Of a stretch of DNA of 64,000 nt, positions 37,213-50,480 are shown one piece after another (the stretch's first letter is position 1; each line of letters opens with the position of its first letter). Both the position numbers and the translations under genes were made by a program. Source of the DNA: Octopus sinensis (Eukaryota); the NCBI RefSeq assembly GCF_006345805.1, contig NC_043000.1:24862001-24926000 (forward strand), written 5' to 3'. A model generated the notes under the pieces. It saw only the letters and a list, made by a program, of their open reading frames with translations, ran no database searches and was not told where the DNA came from.

Positions 37213-38784
37213 TTATTTTTGCCAGCTGAGTGGACTGAAGCAAGGTGAAATGATTTGGATCCATTAGATCCTGTTAAACTGCGTAACACACGTCTGCAAG
37301 GATCATCACCATCATGATCATTTAACATCTGTTTTCCATGCTGGCATGGGTTGGACAGATTGACAGGAGCTGTGTACAGTTATATCTTAAGCCTATACAG
37401 TTATAACTAGTCATGACTAAAGTTATACCAACCACAGCTGGTGAGTCAATACAATACAGACATATTTGTCTAAACGATTTACAATTACTATTCAACCATA
37501 AGCGTCTGTACTTTAAATATCAATGGCACAGTTTAGCTACATGTAAATATATCATGGAGAAATATGACCTACTCACGGAAACATCACAGACACAACAAAG
37601 CTGAAGGTATTCAGTTCAAATCCACTCCTAGCTGAAACAGCTTTAGAAACCTTAGATACTGAGGTACTACGGAAATAAAAAAAAAATCTCGAAGGATGTA
37701 CAGTACCTACTACAATTTTTAAAAGGATCACACAACATTTCATGGCTGTGTGGTAAGAAGTTTGCTTCCCAACCACATGATTCCAGGTTCAGTCCCACCC
37801 TATGGCACCTTGAGCAAGTGTCTTCTGCTGTAGTCTTGGGATGACCAAAGCCTCGTGAGTGGATTTCGTAGATGGAAACTGAAAAGAAGCCTGTTATGTG
37901 TGTGTGTGTTACCAGCACCACCACTTGACAACTGGTTTTGATGTGTTTACCTCCTTGTAACTTAGCAGTTCAGCAAACAGAGACCGATAGAATAAGTACC
38001 GGGCTTAAAAAAATGATAAGTCCCAGGGGTTGATTTGTTGAACTAAAATTCTTCATGGTGGTGCCCCAGTATGGCCACACTCGAATGACTTGAAGGAGTA
38101 AAAGATGAAAGAAATATCATGATCTAAGAGGAGTAATAACAGATCAACAGTGATGGCTATTGAAGCAGAGACTTGTGTCCACAACCATCTTCTTATCTCC
38201 AGACAATAAGCTAATCTTATTCCTTATTAAAGACAAATCAACACTGAAGAATTTTTGAATCTTGACATTGACTTTCTTTCTTATATGAAGCTGGTCTTAA
38301 TTGCCATTTCATAATTATGACCCCTACTCTAGAGGCAGAGATCATCATCATCATCGTTTAACGTCCGCTTTCCATGCTAGCATGGGCTGGACGATTTGAC
38401 TGGGAATTGGCGAACCAGATGGCTGCACCAGGCTCCAATCTGATCTGGCAGAGTTTCTACAGCTGGATGCCCTTCCTAACACCAACCACTCCGAGAGTGT
38501 AGTGGGTGCTTTTAAAGTGCCACCGGCACAAGGGCCAGTCTGGTGGTACTGGCAACAGCCACGCTCAAAAATGGTGTCAGTGCCAGTGAGGCGACGCTGA
38601 CAACGATCACGCTCAAATGGTGCTCTTTACATGCCAGATAGCTGCTCTAGCAGTGATCCCACTTGGATGTAGCTGTTATTTTAATAAATCAAGAATTTAT
38701 GTTGTATAGTATTTGATATACCTGTATTTGTCTATGTTATTCAAATATATGCCACTGGCCACTCTGATTTCTTCTCTATGCTAG

Positions 38785-38839
38785 TTTTTGTTTAAATCAA
38801 GATATCCCGCCTAGCTTATACAAATCTGAGAGGTTTTAT
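38785..38839 (+). CDS. Putative coding exon E (phase 2 to 0): xFCLNQDIPPSLYKSERFY
   Basis: Acceptor CTGATTTCTTCTCTATGCTAG, donor GTAAGA, one open frame; would need an unseen phase 0-to-2 exon after D. Confidence 0.4.
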
Positions 38840-39215
38840 GTAAGAAATCAATTTGTAAGTGACATACTTGTGAAAGTCGTCCCAACTCTTGTATTTCATA
38901 TTTTCACTTCATGAAATTTCCACAAGTTAAATAAAACACTAACTTCTTTGAAATATTTTTAACATATGTATTATTGACACAAGAATTCTTAACTTCAAGA
39001 GAAAATGTATTGATTCACAGAAAAATGCTTTTTCACATGTTGAGAACAAAGTGCATAAGTTAGATATTTCTAGAACATTCTAAACATTTCTATTTTTTTT
39101 TTATGAGATTGATCTATTGCACTGTTGCTTAATGTAGAAAGGTAGAGATATAGCTTACAACAGCTAAACAACAATAATATCAATAATAACAATAATAATA
39201 ATAATAATGATAATA

Positions 39216-39622
39216 GGCACAGGAGTGGCTGTGTGGTAAGTAGCTAGCTTACCAACCACATGGTTCCAGGTTCATTCACACTGCATGGCACTTTGGGCAA
39301 GTGTCTTCTACTATAGCCTCGGGCCGACCAAAGCTTTGTGAGTGGATTTGGTAGACGGAAACTGGAAGAAGCCCATCGTATATATGTATATATATATATA
39401 TATATATGTGTGTACATGTTTGTGTGTCTGTGTTAGTCCCCACCACCATTGCTTGACAACTGATGGTGGTGTGTTTACGTCCCCGTAACTTAGCAGTTCA
39501 GCAAAAGAGACTGATAGAATAAGTACTAGGCTTACAAAGAATAAGTCCTGGGGTCGATTTACTTGACTAAAGGCAGTGCTCCAGCATGGCTGCAGTCAAA
39601 TGACTGAAAAGAGTAAAAGAGT
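39216..39622 (+). mobile_element. SINE-A, full length
   Basis: Family motifs; starts in a (TAA)n tract. Confidence 0.85.
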
Positions 39623-39902
39623 GATAATAATAATTTCCTAAAGATATGAACAGATAAACAGGGGAAATAGGAATATAGCCCTAGTTTAGTGCATCGCCTG
39701 GTAGCAGTGTTATTGGGGACAGCTAGGATACTTAGGAGGGTTCTTGGCATCTAAGGTTACTTCTTGCAGTTCTATATTGAGAATTTTCTTCAAACAGTCT
39801 AATCTGTTTGTTGTACATAAATGAAATAACAATAATAATTGTTTCAAATTTTGGTAGACAGGATATTAGTTTTAGGGATCAGTTGTTAATTGATTGCATT
39901 AA

Positions 39903-40376
39903 CCCTTTTGTTACCAACCCGGCTGAAACCGCCTCTGGCTCTGAGTACAAATGTCTTGTTTTCGTAAGTTTTGAATTAAAATCTTCCAACAAACCTTAGT
40001 CACAATTTATGTTTCATCATCATCATCATCATCATCGTTTAGCATCCGTTTTCCATGCTAGCATGGGTTGGACGGTTCAACCGGGGTCTGTGAAGCCAGA
40101 AGGCTTCATCAGGCCTAGTCAGATCTGGCAGTGTTTCTACGGCTGGATGCCCTTCCTAACGCCAACCACTCCGTGAGTGTAGTGGGTGCTTTTTACGTGC
40201 CACCCGCACAGGTGCCAGACAGAGCTGGCAAATGGCCACGAACGGATGGTGCTTTTTACGTGCCACCGGCACGGGGGCCAAACTACTAAATTCTTTGTTA
40301 TATTTAAAATTAATTGAAAGAAACACAGAGCATAAATAAATAAACACAGAGCAAAATAAATACAGTAACAAAAGGG
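39903..40376. mobile_element. piggyBac-like MITE interrupted by an RTE 3' fragment (about 40012-40277)
   Basis: TTAA|CCC...GGG|TTAA termini; family copies at 42642-42863, 55827-56252 (internal tandem) and 59781-60166. Confidence 0.75.
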
Positions 40377-42627
40377 TTAATCCCAGTATTTGGTAGGTAC
40401 TTTATCACCTCGGTTGGATAAAAGGCAAAGTTGATCTTGGCAGGATTTGAACTCAGAATGTAAGGAGCCAGAAGAGATCCTGCAAAGCATTTTGTCCAAC
40501 ATGCTAACAACTCTGCCAGTTTGCAGCTTTAATGATATTTCTAATTTTTGGCATAAGGCCAGTAATTTTGAGGAGAGGGGGAAGCTGATTACATTGATCC
40601 TGGTGTTCAGCTGGTACTTATCCTATCGACCCTGAAAGAATGAAAGGCAAGATTGGCTTGCACAGCATTTGAACTCAGGACATACAGGGGAAATAATTAA
40701 ATCGGAATTACTTGGAATTGCACACATATTGTGTAAAGTACTGTGTCTATCTGAGGTCCTTGTTGTGACTTGACCGACAGTACAACCCCCACCCCTGTAG
40801 GCACAACATCATGATATTGGATACTGTGCGACGTCTTAAATAATAATAATAATAATAATCCTTTCTACTATAGGCACAGGGCCTGGAATTTTGGGGGCAG
40901 GGCACAGTCAATTACATTGACTCCAGTGTTTCACTGGTAGCCCACAAAGGGCTAAACACAGAGGGGACAAACAAGGGCAGACAAATGGATTAAGTCGATT
41001 ACATCGACCCCAGTGCGTAACTGGTACTTAATTTCATCGACACCGAATGGATGAAAGGCAAAGTCGACCTCGGCGGAATTTGAACTCAGAACATAACGGC
41101 GGATGAAATACCTGTTTCTTTACTACCCACAAGGGGCTAAACACAGAGAGGACAAACAAGGACAGACAAACGGATTAAGTCGATTATATCGACCCCAGTG
41201 CGTAACTGGTACTTATTTAATCGACCTCGAAAGGATGAAAGGTAAAATCGATCTCGGCAGAATTGAACTCAGAACATAACGGCAAACGAAATACGGCTAT
41301 GCATTTTGCCCGGCGTGCTAACGTTTCTGCCAGCTAGCCGGATGAAATACCACTAAGCATTTCACCTGGCATGCCAAAGATTCTGCCAGCTCACTGCCAT
41401 GCTGACAATAACAATAATAATAATAAATAAAAGATGGGCTACAGCAAATATTCTGCTCAATACCACAGATTTGCTTGTCAGTTGTTTGACCATAACCAGT
41501 TGAGTATGTCCCTTAGTGGCTGACGATATGTGCATCTCTGATCATGAGCAGAAGTAGTGGGGGAGCATCATAGCCATGTGTTGAGAGGGATTCTTTGGGG
41601 TTTGAATAATTCACCTCTGGTAACATGGGTGGTTCTTTCAACATCCTTAAACAACCCTTATTCAGGGACCTTTTGAGCAGGATGGGCTACTCAACCTGAA
41701 GAAAATTCTAACTGGGCCCCACCTGCAAGGTCATGTGCTGTTTATATGAGATCACCATATCGCGCACATATGGTTGTAATGCATGTGCCTGGTGTACCCT
41801 TATCAGACGGGTAGTCATGATGGGTATTTGGGCTTCGTATATTTTACCCCAGTGTCACTTTGATGGCATGAACTGCTCTCTCACTCAATAATAATAATAA
41901 TAATCCTTCCTACCATAGGTACAAGGCCTGAAATTTTCAGGGAAGGAGCTAGACAATTACACTGACCCCGGTACTTAACTAGTACTTACTTCACTGACCC
42001 CAATAGGATTAAATGCAAAGCTGACCTTGGTAGAATTTAAACTTTGAACGTAAGAAGAATAACAATAATAACCAACACCATTTTACTCCAGGTACACATG
42101 AACTGATTCACACAGCATTTGCCACCATTCAGCATAAGCTGCATAGCAACAGTTGTAACATGTAAACTTATCTGATTCATAAAAGCTTTTTAAAAAACTA
42201 TATATAACGAAACTACTACTGCTGTGGCTGATGGTAAGATAGGTTAGTGGGTGTGCATGTGTGTGTGTACATGCATGTGCATGTGTAAGTTTGCCAAGTA
42301 AAATAGTTTATGTAAAAGAAAAAAGAAAAATACAAATGAAGTGAAAATTAGAATTATTAACAATGAAGAGAGAACATTTTCCTCTTACAGTAAAAGAAAA
42401 AAAACCGGAAAATCATCGAAGCCTTGCCTAACACAGCAACCATGATCGAACAACAACTACTACCACCACCACTGCTACTATCACAACTACTACTACTACA
42501 AGATTGTCATCGACATCATCATCGTCAATATTGTTGTTGAGTCAATAATGACAGAGCATCTACATAGTCACTTGGTCTGTAAGAAATAGTAATGAAAACT
42601 TCCACAAATCACACTATATGACTGTAA

Positions 42628-43048
42628 CCTTTAGCATTTAACACATTTGATACTAACCCACCTGAAACCACCTCTGGCTCTGTAGTACAAATGTCTTATT
42701 TTCAAAAATTCTGCACTAAAATCTTCCACCAAACCTTAGTCATAATTTGTGTTCTTAACACTAGCTTAAAGATAACTAAGTTATTCTACTAAATTCTTTG
42801 TTATATTTAAAATTAATTGAAAGAAATACAGAGCATCTCAAAATACATATGGTAATGAAAGGGTTAAATCAGCCGTTTTTGGCCCCAGTGTTCTACCAAT
42901 TTTATGTTCCAATTGGCCAGATCCAGCCTCTTACATCTGTTCCAAAATATCATCACAATCTTGAAACCACAAAATATTGTATGGTCAATTCAAGACAATG
43001 TGAATAAATAAAAATTACATTTGACAGAAGAATCTGAATGCTAAAAGG
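42628..43048. mobile_element. piggyBac-like MITE with a second MITE nested at an internal TTAA
   Basis: Outer TIR CCTTTAGCATT/AATGCTAAAAGG; inner element 42642-42863 flanked by TTAA on both sides. Confidence 0.65.
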
Positions 43049-44205
43049 TTAAAGAGAAACTGAACACATCAAAGTTCTAAGATTTGCTAAACAAAAGAAA
43101 AACCAAAAAAATCTGAACCTGACAGGAAAGTTTTTGAACATATTTACACTCAGGTTCCAACAACAACAAAATCTATTTACAATTTTTCTTGCTAATAATG
43201 ACTTCAATGATTTTATAGAATAATGCCATCTGTTAGAGTATCTTCTAAATCTAATCTTCACAGCTTCTGCCCAAATCTTCTTTGATCTTCCTTCTGTTGT
43301 TACGACCTGTACTTTCCATTCTTAATAAATGACACATTTTCACTCAGAACCTATTGTCTGATTGTCATCACATGATCCAGCTGTAGTCACATGGTCATAC
43401 CAGCACTATTTCCTTCTGCATCTGTGAGTGAATGCCATTAAAGAAAAACTATTTCATTAGGTTACCAGTGCTGTTGCTGTTCTTACTGCTGTTACTACTA
43501 CTACCATGATGACAACAAGCTAAGAAAGGGGCCTCTATGCAGTTTACTCAACCTGCTAGAAATATCAGCAAAATTTCCCTGCACTCACATTCATCTATCG
43601 TTAAAAAATGGTACATTGCCAGAGCAACTAACTTGGCTTCCGTGCCAGTGACATGTAAAAAGCACCATTAGGGCATGATTGTTACCAGCGTTGCTTTACT
43701 GGCACTTGTGCCAGTGGCATACAAAAAAACATTCAAGCGAAATCGTTGCCAGTGCCGCTGAACTGGCTCCTGTGCAGGTGGCACATAAAAAAACACCATT
43801 TGAGCATGGCCGTTGCCAGTACCGCCTGACTGGCTCTCATGCCGGTGGCACGTAAAAGCACCCACTACACTCTTGTAATGGTTGGCGTTAGGAAGGGCAT
43901 CCAGCTGTAGAAACTCTGCCAGATCAAGATTGGAGCCTGGTGCAGCCATCTGGTTCACCAGTCCTCAGGGAAATCGTCCACCCCATGCTAGCATGGAAAG
44001 TGGACGTTAAACAATGATGATGATCATCATCATCATTGTTCATGAAAATCCATCTAAAAACTGGATTTAATGTCCAGGTATTAAATGCACTAATATCTGA
44101 ACATTCCTATTTTTTATCTGATTTTTATTCATCCAACTTCAAGCTGTGCAGACAATACTGGACAGACTTGGAGCCTCAACACTTAGTACCTAATTCAAGT
44201 GAATC

Positions 44206-44250
<45 letters not shown>

Positions 44251-44294
44251 AACGTGCATCAGCATGGCCGCAGCTCTGAGCTGAAACTAGAGAA

Positions 44295-44327
<33 letters not shown>

Positions 44328-44486
44328 ATAATTAAGATTCACTTGAATTAGGTACTTAAGTGTTGAGGCTCCAAGTCTGTCCAGTGTCTATATATGTATA
44401 TATATATATATATATAACGTACGTATGCATGCATATGTTCGCGTAACGTGCATCAGCATGGCCGCAGCTCTGAGCTGAAACTAGAG

Positions 44487-44524
<38 letters not shown>

Positions 44525-44535
44525 GGGGTGTGAAT

Positions 44536-44574
<39 letters not shown>

Positions 44575-45097
44575 AAATTCACACCCCATTTTATATTTGG
44601 TTATTTGTATTGTTTATATATGTTGTGTTGTACTTTTGCTATTTGCCTACGCAAAAACAAAGGAATTGCCATTCTTATAGGGGTTAAATTACGGAACAAA
44701 CTGAATAACAACTTCAAGAGATTTTTTTCTTTTTACCCAACTCATTGGAGAATTAATTAGCAGTTGTAATGAGAAACACTTTTCAAATCCATTAAGCATA
44801 TTTAAAATAGCTGGTTGTTGCTGGTTTCCATTTATTTTTCTTTTAGATCTACTTAGAAAACTTGATGGTTCTCTAAGTGTGTTTACAACAATGAACTGAG
44901 AGAATGTTGTATCAAACTGATTGAAATTACTCAATAATTAAAGAAAATATTTTAAAGATGAATATGAGACATTTTGGCATAGCTGTTCTGGCGCCACTCA
45001 TTTGGCATCACTGATTCAATGCAGACATTTTAATGTTTCTCTCATTCTCTCCTTCCCTGCTTCTTCCTGAATATGTGTGAGAAGATTTCTCTTCATG

Positions 45098-45480
45098 TGA
45101 GGCAGCAAGCTGGCAGAATCATCGGCATGCTGGGCGAAATGCTTAGCGGTATCTTGTCTGCCATTACGTTCTGAGTTCAAATTCTTTCATCCTTTCGGGG
45201 TCAATAAATCAAGTACCAGTTATGCACTGGGGTTGATATAATCGACTTAATCTGTCTGTCTGTCCTTGTTTGTCTCCTCTGTGTTTAGCCCCTTGTGGGT
45301 AGTAAAGAAATAGGTATCTTGTCTGTCTTTACGTTCTGAGTTCAAATTCAGGCGAGGTCGACTTTGCCTTTCATCCTTCCAGGGTCAATAAATTAATTAC
45401 CAGTTGCATACTGGAGGTGATCTATTCAACTGGCCCCCTCCCCCAAAATTTCAGGCCTTGTGCCTAGAGTAGAAAAGAAT
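45098..45480 (+). mobile_element. Dimeric SINE-B inserted as one unit
   Basis: 13-bp TSD ATTTCTCTTCATG at 45085-45097 and 45481-45493. Confidence 0.85.
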
Positions 45481-46082
45481 ATTTCTCTTCATGCAAACAA
45501 GAAGGAAAGTGCTTCTGTCAATTGTGATCAAATAATAAAGATAGGTTGGTGATGACTGAAATAACTTGCTCAAGACTTTGCTGGTCCAGAGTTGAGACTT
45601 GAGGTAAATAATCCCTTCCATCAATGGTTTTTAATGTGTTCACTTGGGAGAAGACAATGGGATACTGCAGAGAAGATTTAGAGCAGTAACAGTGATAAAA
45701 TGTACATTGGATTGCATTGTTACCATGGTGAAAGTATAATTCGTCAGTCCATCTCATTGAGAGATTAGTGAAGAGCAAAGTAAATATAGTAACCAAACCA
45801 TGCTGTAGAACGACATTCTGATATCATGGGATAAAGTTTCATACATTTGTTAAAGTAGACCACCATGTATTGATTGAATTTTTAATATGGTGTATAATCA
45901 ATTATTAATATTTGAAATTTTATTGTGTAATAGTTTTAACAAATAGAGGACAGCCAACAAAATGAAGTACAAGTCTGGAGCAATGATTTGGCAGAATTAT
46001 TAGGATCTAGAGCATGGATTAGTGAAATATATTGAGAAATTAATTATTAATATTTTAAATTTAATGTGACGAAAATTGCTAT

Positions 46083-46467
46083 TCTATATATATATATATA
46101 AAGCTGAAGTTGGTAGCTGAAGGTTTGGTAGCCTTCAACTAACACTATCTCCTCCGAGACCCAGCGACGTAAGTTGACCAAACTTGAGAGTATGATAGAA
46201 GAAGGCTTGCTCTTCATTCCTTAGAAGATAAAATTCAAATCGGACTATGTTAACACCAAAAATTATTTACATCAAAAAGGTGCTTTTTTCTATGAAAATC
46301 CCTATTTTTTACGATTTTTTGATTGCTGTGTCGCCATTTTTCGGTGTATTTCAACCAGAAAAATGTTCACTTAAAGAGAATAACAAGCTACATAATGCAA
46401 ATTTTTTCAAAAATTCCAATTCTATAGGGTTGAAACAAACCCGAGCAATGCTGGGTGATACTGCTAG
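46083..46467 (+). mobile_element. Complete non-autonomous Helitron-like element
   Basis: 5' TCTATATA...AAAGCTGAAG, 3' hairpin CCCGAGCAATGCTGGG then CTAG|T; no TSD. Confidence 0.65.
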
Positions 46468-46759
46468 TCTGTGTAATAATTCTAATAAATGGAGGACAAT
46501 GAATTAAAGTATAAGTTCAGAACAATGGATAATGGAATTATTAATGGAATATATTAGGTGTGATGCCTTGGGCTATTTTTTCAGGCTCTTTGCATTATCA
46601 TGTTCTTGAGTTGTAGGGTCAACCTGTTGCCAAGGCCTGGGCAACCACAACTGCCAGGTCTTTGGGTACTTTTACAGAAGATCACACAGTTGCAAGCAAC
46701 CAAAGAAGCCATGTCACTAGTTTGGTTGCAGAAATACTGAGAAAATGAAAGGGCCACAC

Positions 46760-46955
46760 ATGTATTTATTTATGTATGCATGCGTGCATACATGAATGTA
46801 TGCATGCATGTATGTATCTAGGGATGCATGTGCATTTTTATGTATGTATGTATGGATGCATACATGCATGTATGTATTTATGCATGTATGCATGCATATA
46901 TGCATGCATGCATATATGTATGCATGTATCTATTTATTTATGCATTCATGTATGT
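46760..46955. repeat. Compound (ATGC)/(TATG) microsatellite
   Basis: Visible tandem ATGC/ATGT units; source of ORFs 46717-47008. Confidence 0.85.
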
Positions 46956-47145
46956 CTTTGAACTCACCACTATTTGATGACTGGTATTGGTTTATTAACA
47001 TAACTTAGCTGTTCAGCAAAAGAGAGATAAACAAAATATGTACTGGAATTGATTTGTACAACTAAAACAACCCGAGGGGGTACCCCCAGCATGGCTGCTG
47101 TCCAATGACTGCATCATGTAAAAAGAAAAAAAAACTAAAAGATAT

Positions 47146-47553
47146 GCGCAGGAGTGGCTGTGTGGTAAGTAGCTTGCTAACCAGCCACATGGTTCCGGGT
47201 TCAGTCCCACTGCGTGGCATCTTGGGCAAGTGTCTTCTGCTATAGCCCCGGGCCGACCAATGCCTTGTGAGTGGATTTGGTAGACGGAAACTGAAAGAAG
47301 CCTGTTGTATAGATGTATATATATATAAGTGTGTGTGTATATGTTTGTGTGTCTGTGTTTGTCCCCCTAGCATTGCTTGACAACCGATGCTGGTGTGTTT
47401 ATGTCCCCGTCACTTAGCGGTTCGGAAAAAGAGACCGATAGAATAAGTACTGGGCTTACAAAGAATAAGTCCCGGGGTCGATTTGCTCGACTAAAGGCGG
47501 TGCTCCAGCATGGCCGCAGTCAAATGACTGAAACAAGTAAAAGAGTAAAAGAG
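47146..47553 (+). mobile_element. SINE-A, CpG-rich, apparently young copy
   Basis: Complete head-to-tail with many intact CpGs. Confidence 0.9.
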
Positions 47554-48398
47554 AAAGAGTATATGTGGTATCTTGAGCCTCTGAGTTAGAGAATGATAAA
47601 AAAAATTGAAAAAACATTATAAAAATAACCAAGTTAATGGTCTTATTTGAAATACTTCTCCACCAAAGAACTATCAAGCTGAGCTCACTGTTAAGTTTTA
47701 TCAATTGATGGCTTGCTTTGCCATTGTCTCTGGGACGTCATCAATCTTGTAACAAAATCAATATGTCGTATTAATCAATATTTCGAATGTTTACTTTGGG
47801 AAACTCTTAAACGAAACATCTTCGATATATTAAGAAAGAGTTCAAGGAAAAAAACAAGTCAACTAAACAGAGTTTAAATTAATCTTCCTCTACAACACTA
47901 TCGTCTATCTTTTACTTGTTTCAGTCATTGAACTGTGGCCATGCTGGGGCACTGCCTTGAAGGGTTTTAATCAAATTGACTCAAGTGTTTATGTGTTTTT
48001 AAAAAAAATTTTTTTAAACATGATATTTTTCTACCAGTTTCTTTTGCTGAAACGCTAAGTTACAGACACATTAAAAGCAAACCAATACCAGTTGTCAAGA
48101 GGTAGCAGGGGGAAGGTGAGTGACAAACATGACAAGCTTCCGCACAGTTTCCAGGCTCTAAATTTGTGCATCAGAGTCATTACAATGATAATAACAATAA
48201 TAATGGTTTCAAATTTTGGTCAGCAATCATAGTATGAGGGGCTAGATAATTGCACTGATCCCAATACTTGGCTGGTACTTGACCCGCAAAAAACTGAAAA
48301 GTAAAATCGACCTCAATTTTGCCAGTTTATCATTTTAACAATAGTAACAATAATAATTACTAACATAGGTAGAACCTCAGATTTTGAGGGGAAGGAAC

Positions 48399-48669
48399 CA
48401 GGGCTGTGGCACTGAAACAAAAAACTTTGACTGACTCCTCTACTATTGGCAGCTCTGACTCTGACTCCTCTTTATGTAATTAAGTGATTGTGGTCTACAT
48501 ATCTCATAAAGCAGATGCATACGCTTGTACTTTGAGTAGGCCTATGTGTTATAACTTGTTTATATTAAAGAATAAAGATATTGTGAGTCGGAATCAGAGT
48601 CGGTATAGTTTAACTGACTCTGACTCCAACTACACCTTAATATTTTCCGACTCCAACTCCACAGCCCTG
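48399..48669. mobile_element. hAT-like MITE with subterminal GACTC/GAGTC repeats
   Basis: TIR CAGGGCTGTGG/CCACAGCCCTG; 8-bp flanks match 6 of 8; reverse-oriented copy at 55126-55351. Confidence 0.7.
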
Positions 48670-49719
48670 GAGGAAACTGTTTACATTGGCTCCCACAGTA
48701 TTTCACTGTTATTAGAAGGATGAAAGGAAAAGCCAACATTGGCAGGATTTGAACACAGAACACAGAGGTGATACGGCAAGACATTTTGTCTGTTACTCTA
48801 CCAAGTTCTACCATCCACTTCTTTCTACAATTATATCAATGATATTGTTAATGAATTTTTTAACATTAAGCATGAAGTCTTGTTGGAGAGAGAGAAAACA
48901 AGAGTGACAGCAATCGTATTTTTCTAAGAATATTAATATTTAATGTAAAACAGACTGAGCTAGGAATTAAAACGAGATCACAGATTGATTCCTGAATACT
49001 TACCAACAACAACAACAACAATAATAATCCTTTCTATTATAGGCACAAGGCCTGAAATTTGGAGCTAGATAATTATATAGATTGCTTAGATTTTGTTTTA
49101 TCAACTTCAGAAGGGTAATAAGTAAATATGACCTTGGTGGGGTCTGAACACAGAATATAAAATACCAGAAGAAATATTGGTAAGCATTTATTCTAATGCT
49201 TTAAGAATTCTGTAACTTCATCCTCCATTCTATTACATCAAGAAGAGCAACAAGTTTCACAGATTCTGTTTTCTTTTAGCACTAATGCTCTTCGCATTAG
49301 ACATTAAACTTGATCTAGGTTGAAAGTCCATTGTCTGGCATGGAATTCATCCGTTGACATTTAAAAAGTATTTAGAAAAATGAGCCAAGGCCACTTTGAC
49401 AAGAGAAAAATTCATTCATAGAAAACGATAATACATTGTTAGAGAAAAAAAAAATAATAAAAAGCAAGATGAGGATTAAATCAAGGACAAATGTGGTAAT
49501 ACTTTAAGAATCAATGAACAAGACAAAGCAGAAGTACGACAAATTTAAGAAAAGGTTAAGGCAAGAATATTACTTTAATAAGCAGAGGTGTGAGTGTGTG
49601 GTAAGAAGCTTGCTTCCTAATCACATTGCTCTGGGTTCAGTCCCACTGTGTGACACCTTGTCAGTGGATTTGGCAGACAGAAACTGAAAGAAGCCCGTCA
49701 TACATAATGCAGACCGCCA

Positions 49720-49916
49720 TATAAAAAGCATGCAGGATGAAATGCTTAGTGATATTTCACCTGTCACTATGCTCTGAGTTCAGATTCTACCGAGGTCGAC
49801 TTTGCCTTGCATCCTTTCGGGGACAATTAAAATAAGTACCAGTTAAACACTGGGGTCGATGTAATTGACTAATCCCCACCTCCACCAAAACTGCTGCTCT
49901 TGTGCCAACATTTAAA

Positions 49917-49951
<35 letters not shown>

Positions 49952-50480
49952 GATGATGATGATGCAAGGTGGTGAGCTGGCAGGATCGTTAGTACACTGG
50001 GTAAGATGCTAAGCAGTATTTTGTCTGCCGCTGTGTTCTGAGTTCAAATTTCGCCAAAGTCGACTTTGCCTTTCATCCTTTTGAGGTCAGTAAATTAAGT
50101 AGCAGTAAAACACTGGGGGTCGATGTAATCATCTATCCTCTTCCCTTAAATTTCAGGCCTTGTGCCTATAGCAGAAAGGATTATTATTATTACTACTACT
50201 ACTACTACTACTACTAAGTGAGCTGGCAGAATCATTAGCTCGCTGAACAAAATACTTAGTAATATTTCATCTTTCTTTACAATCTGAGTTCAAATTCCAT
50301 GGAAGCTGACCTTGTCTTTCATCCTTTCAAGGTTGATAAAATAAGTACCAGTAGAGCACTGTGTAACCAACTTACCCCACCACCACCACCACCAAATTGC
50401 TATCCTTGTGCCAAAATTTGAAATTATTATTATAGTCATTAGGGTGGCAAGCTGGCAGAACTGTTAGCACACTGAAAAAA
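49720..50480 (+). mobile_element. Four stacked SINE-B copies separated by (ATT)n/(ACT)n
   Basis: Repeated GAGCTGGCAGAATC heads directly after trinucleotide tails. Confidence 0.75.

Noticed and set aside
42079-42150. GTHELIH (HExxH-like) after a good acceptor
   Set aside because: Weak donors, and the opposite strand looks equally protein-like; a 5-residue motif alone is not evidence of a metalloprotease
45518-45796. Protein-like 92-aa - strand ORF with an acceptor-like site
   Set aside because: The + strand reads SRLCWSRVET*GK*SLPSMVF...EKTMGYCREDL, resembling a decayed RTE C-terminus
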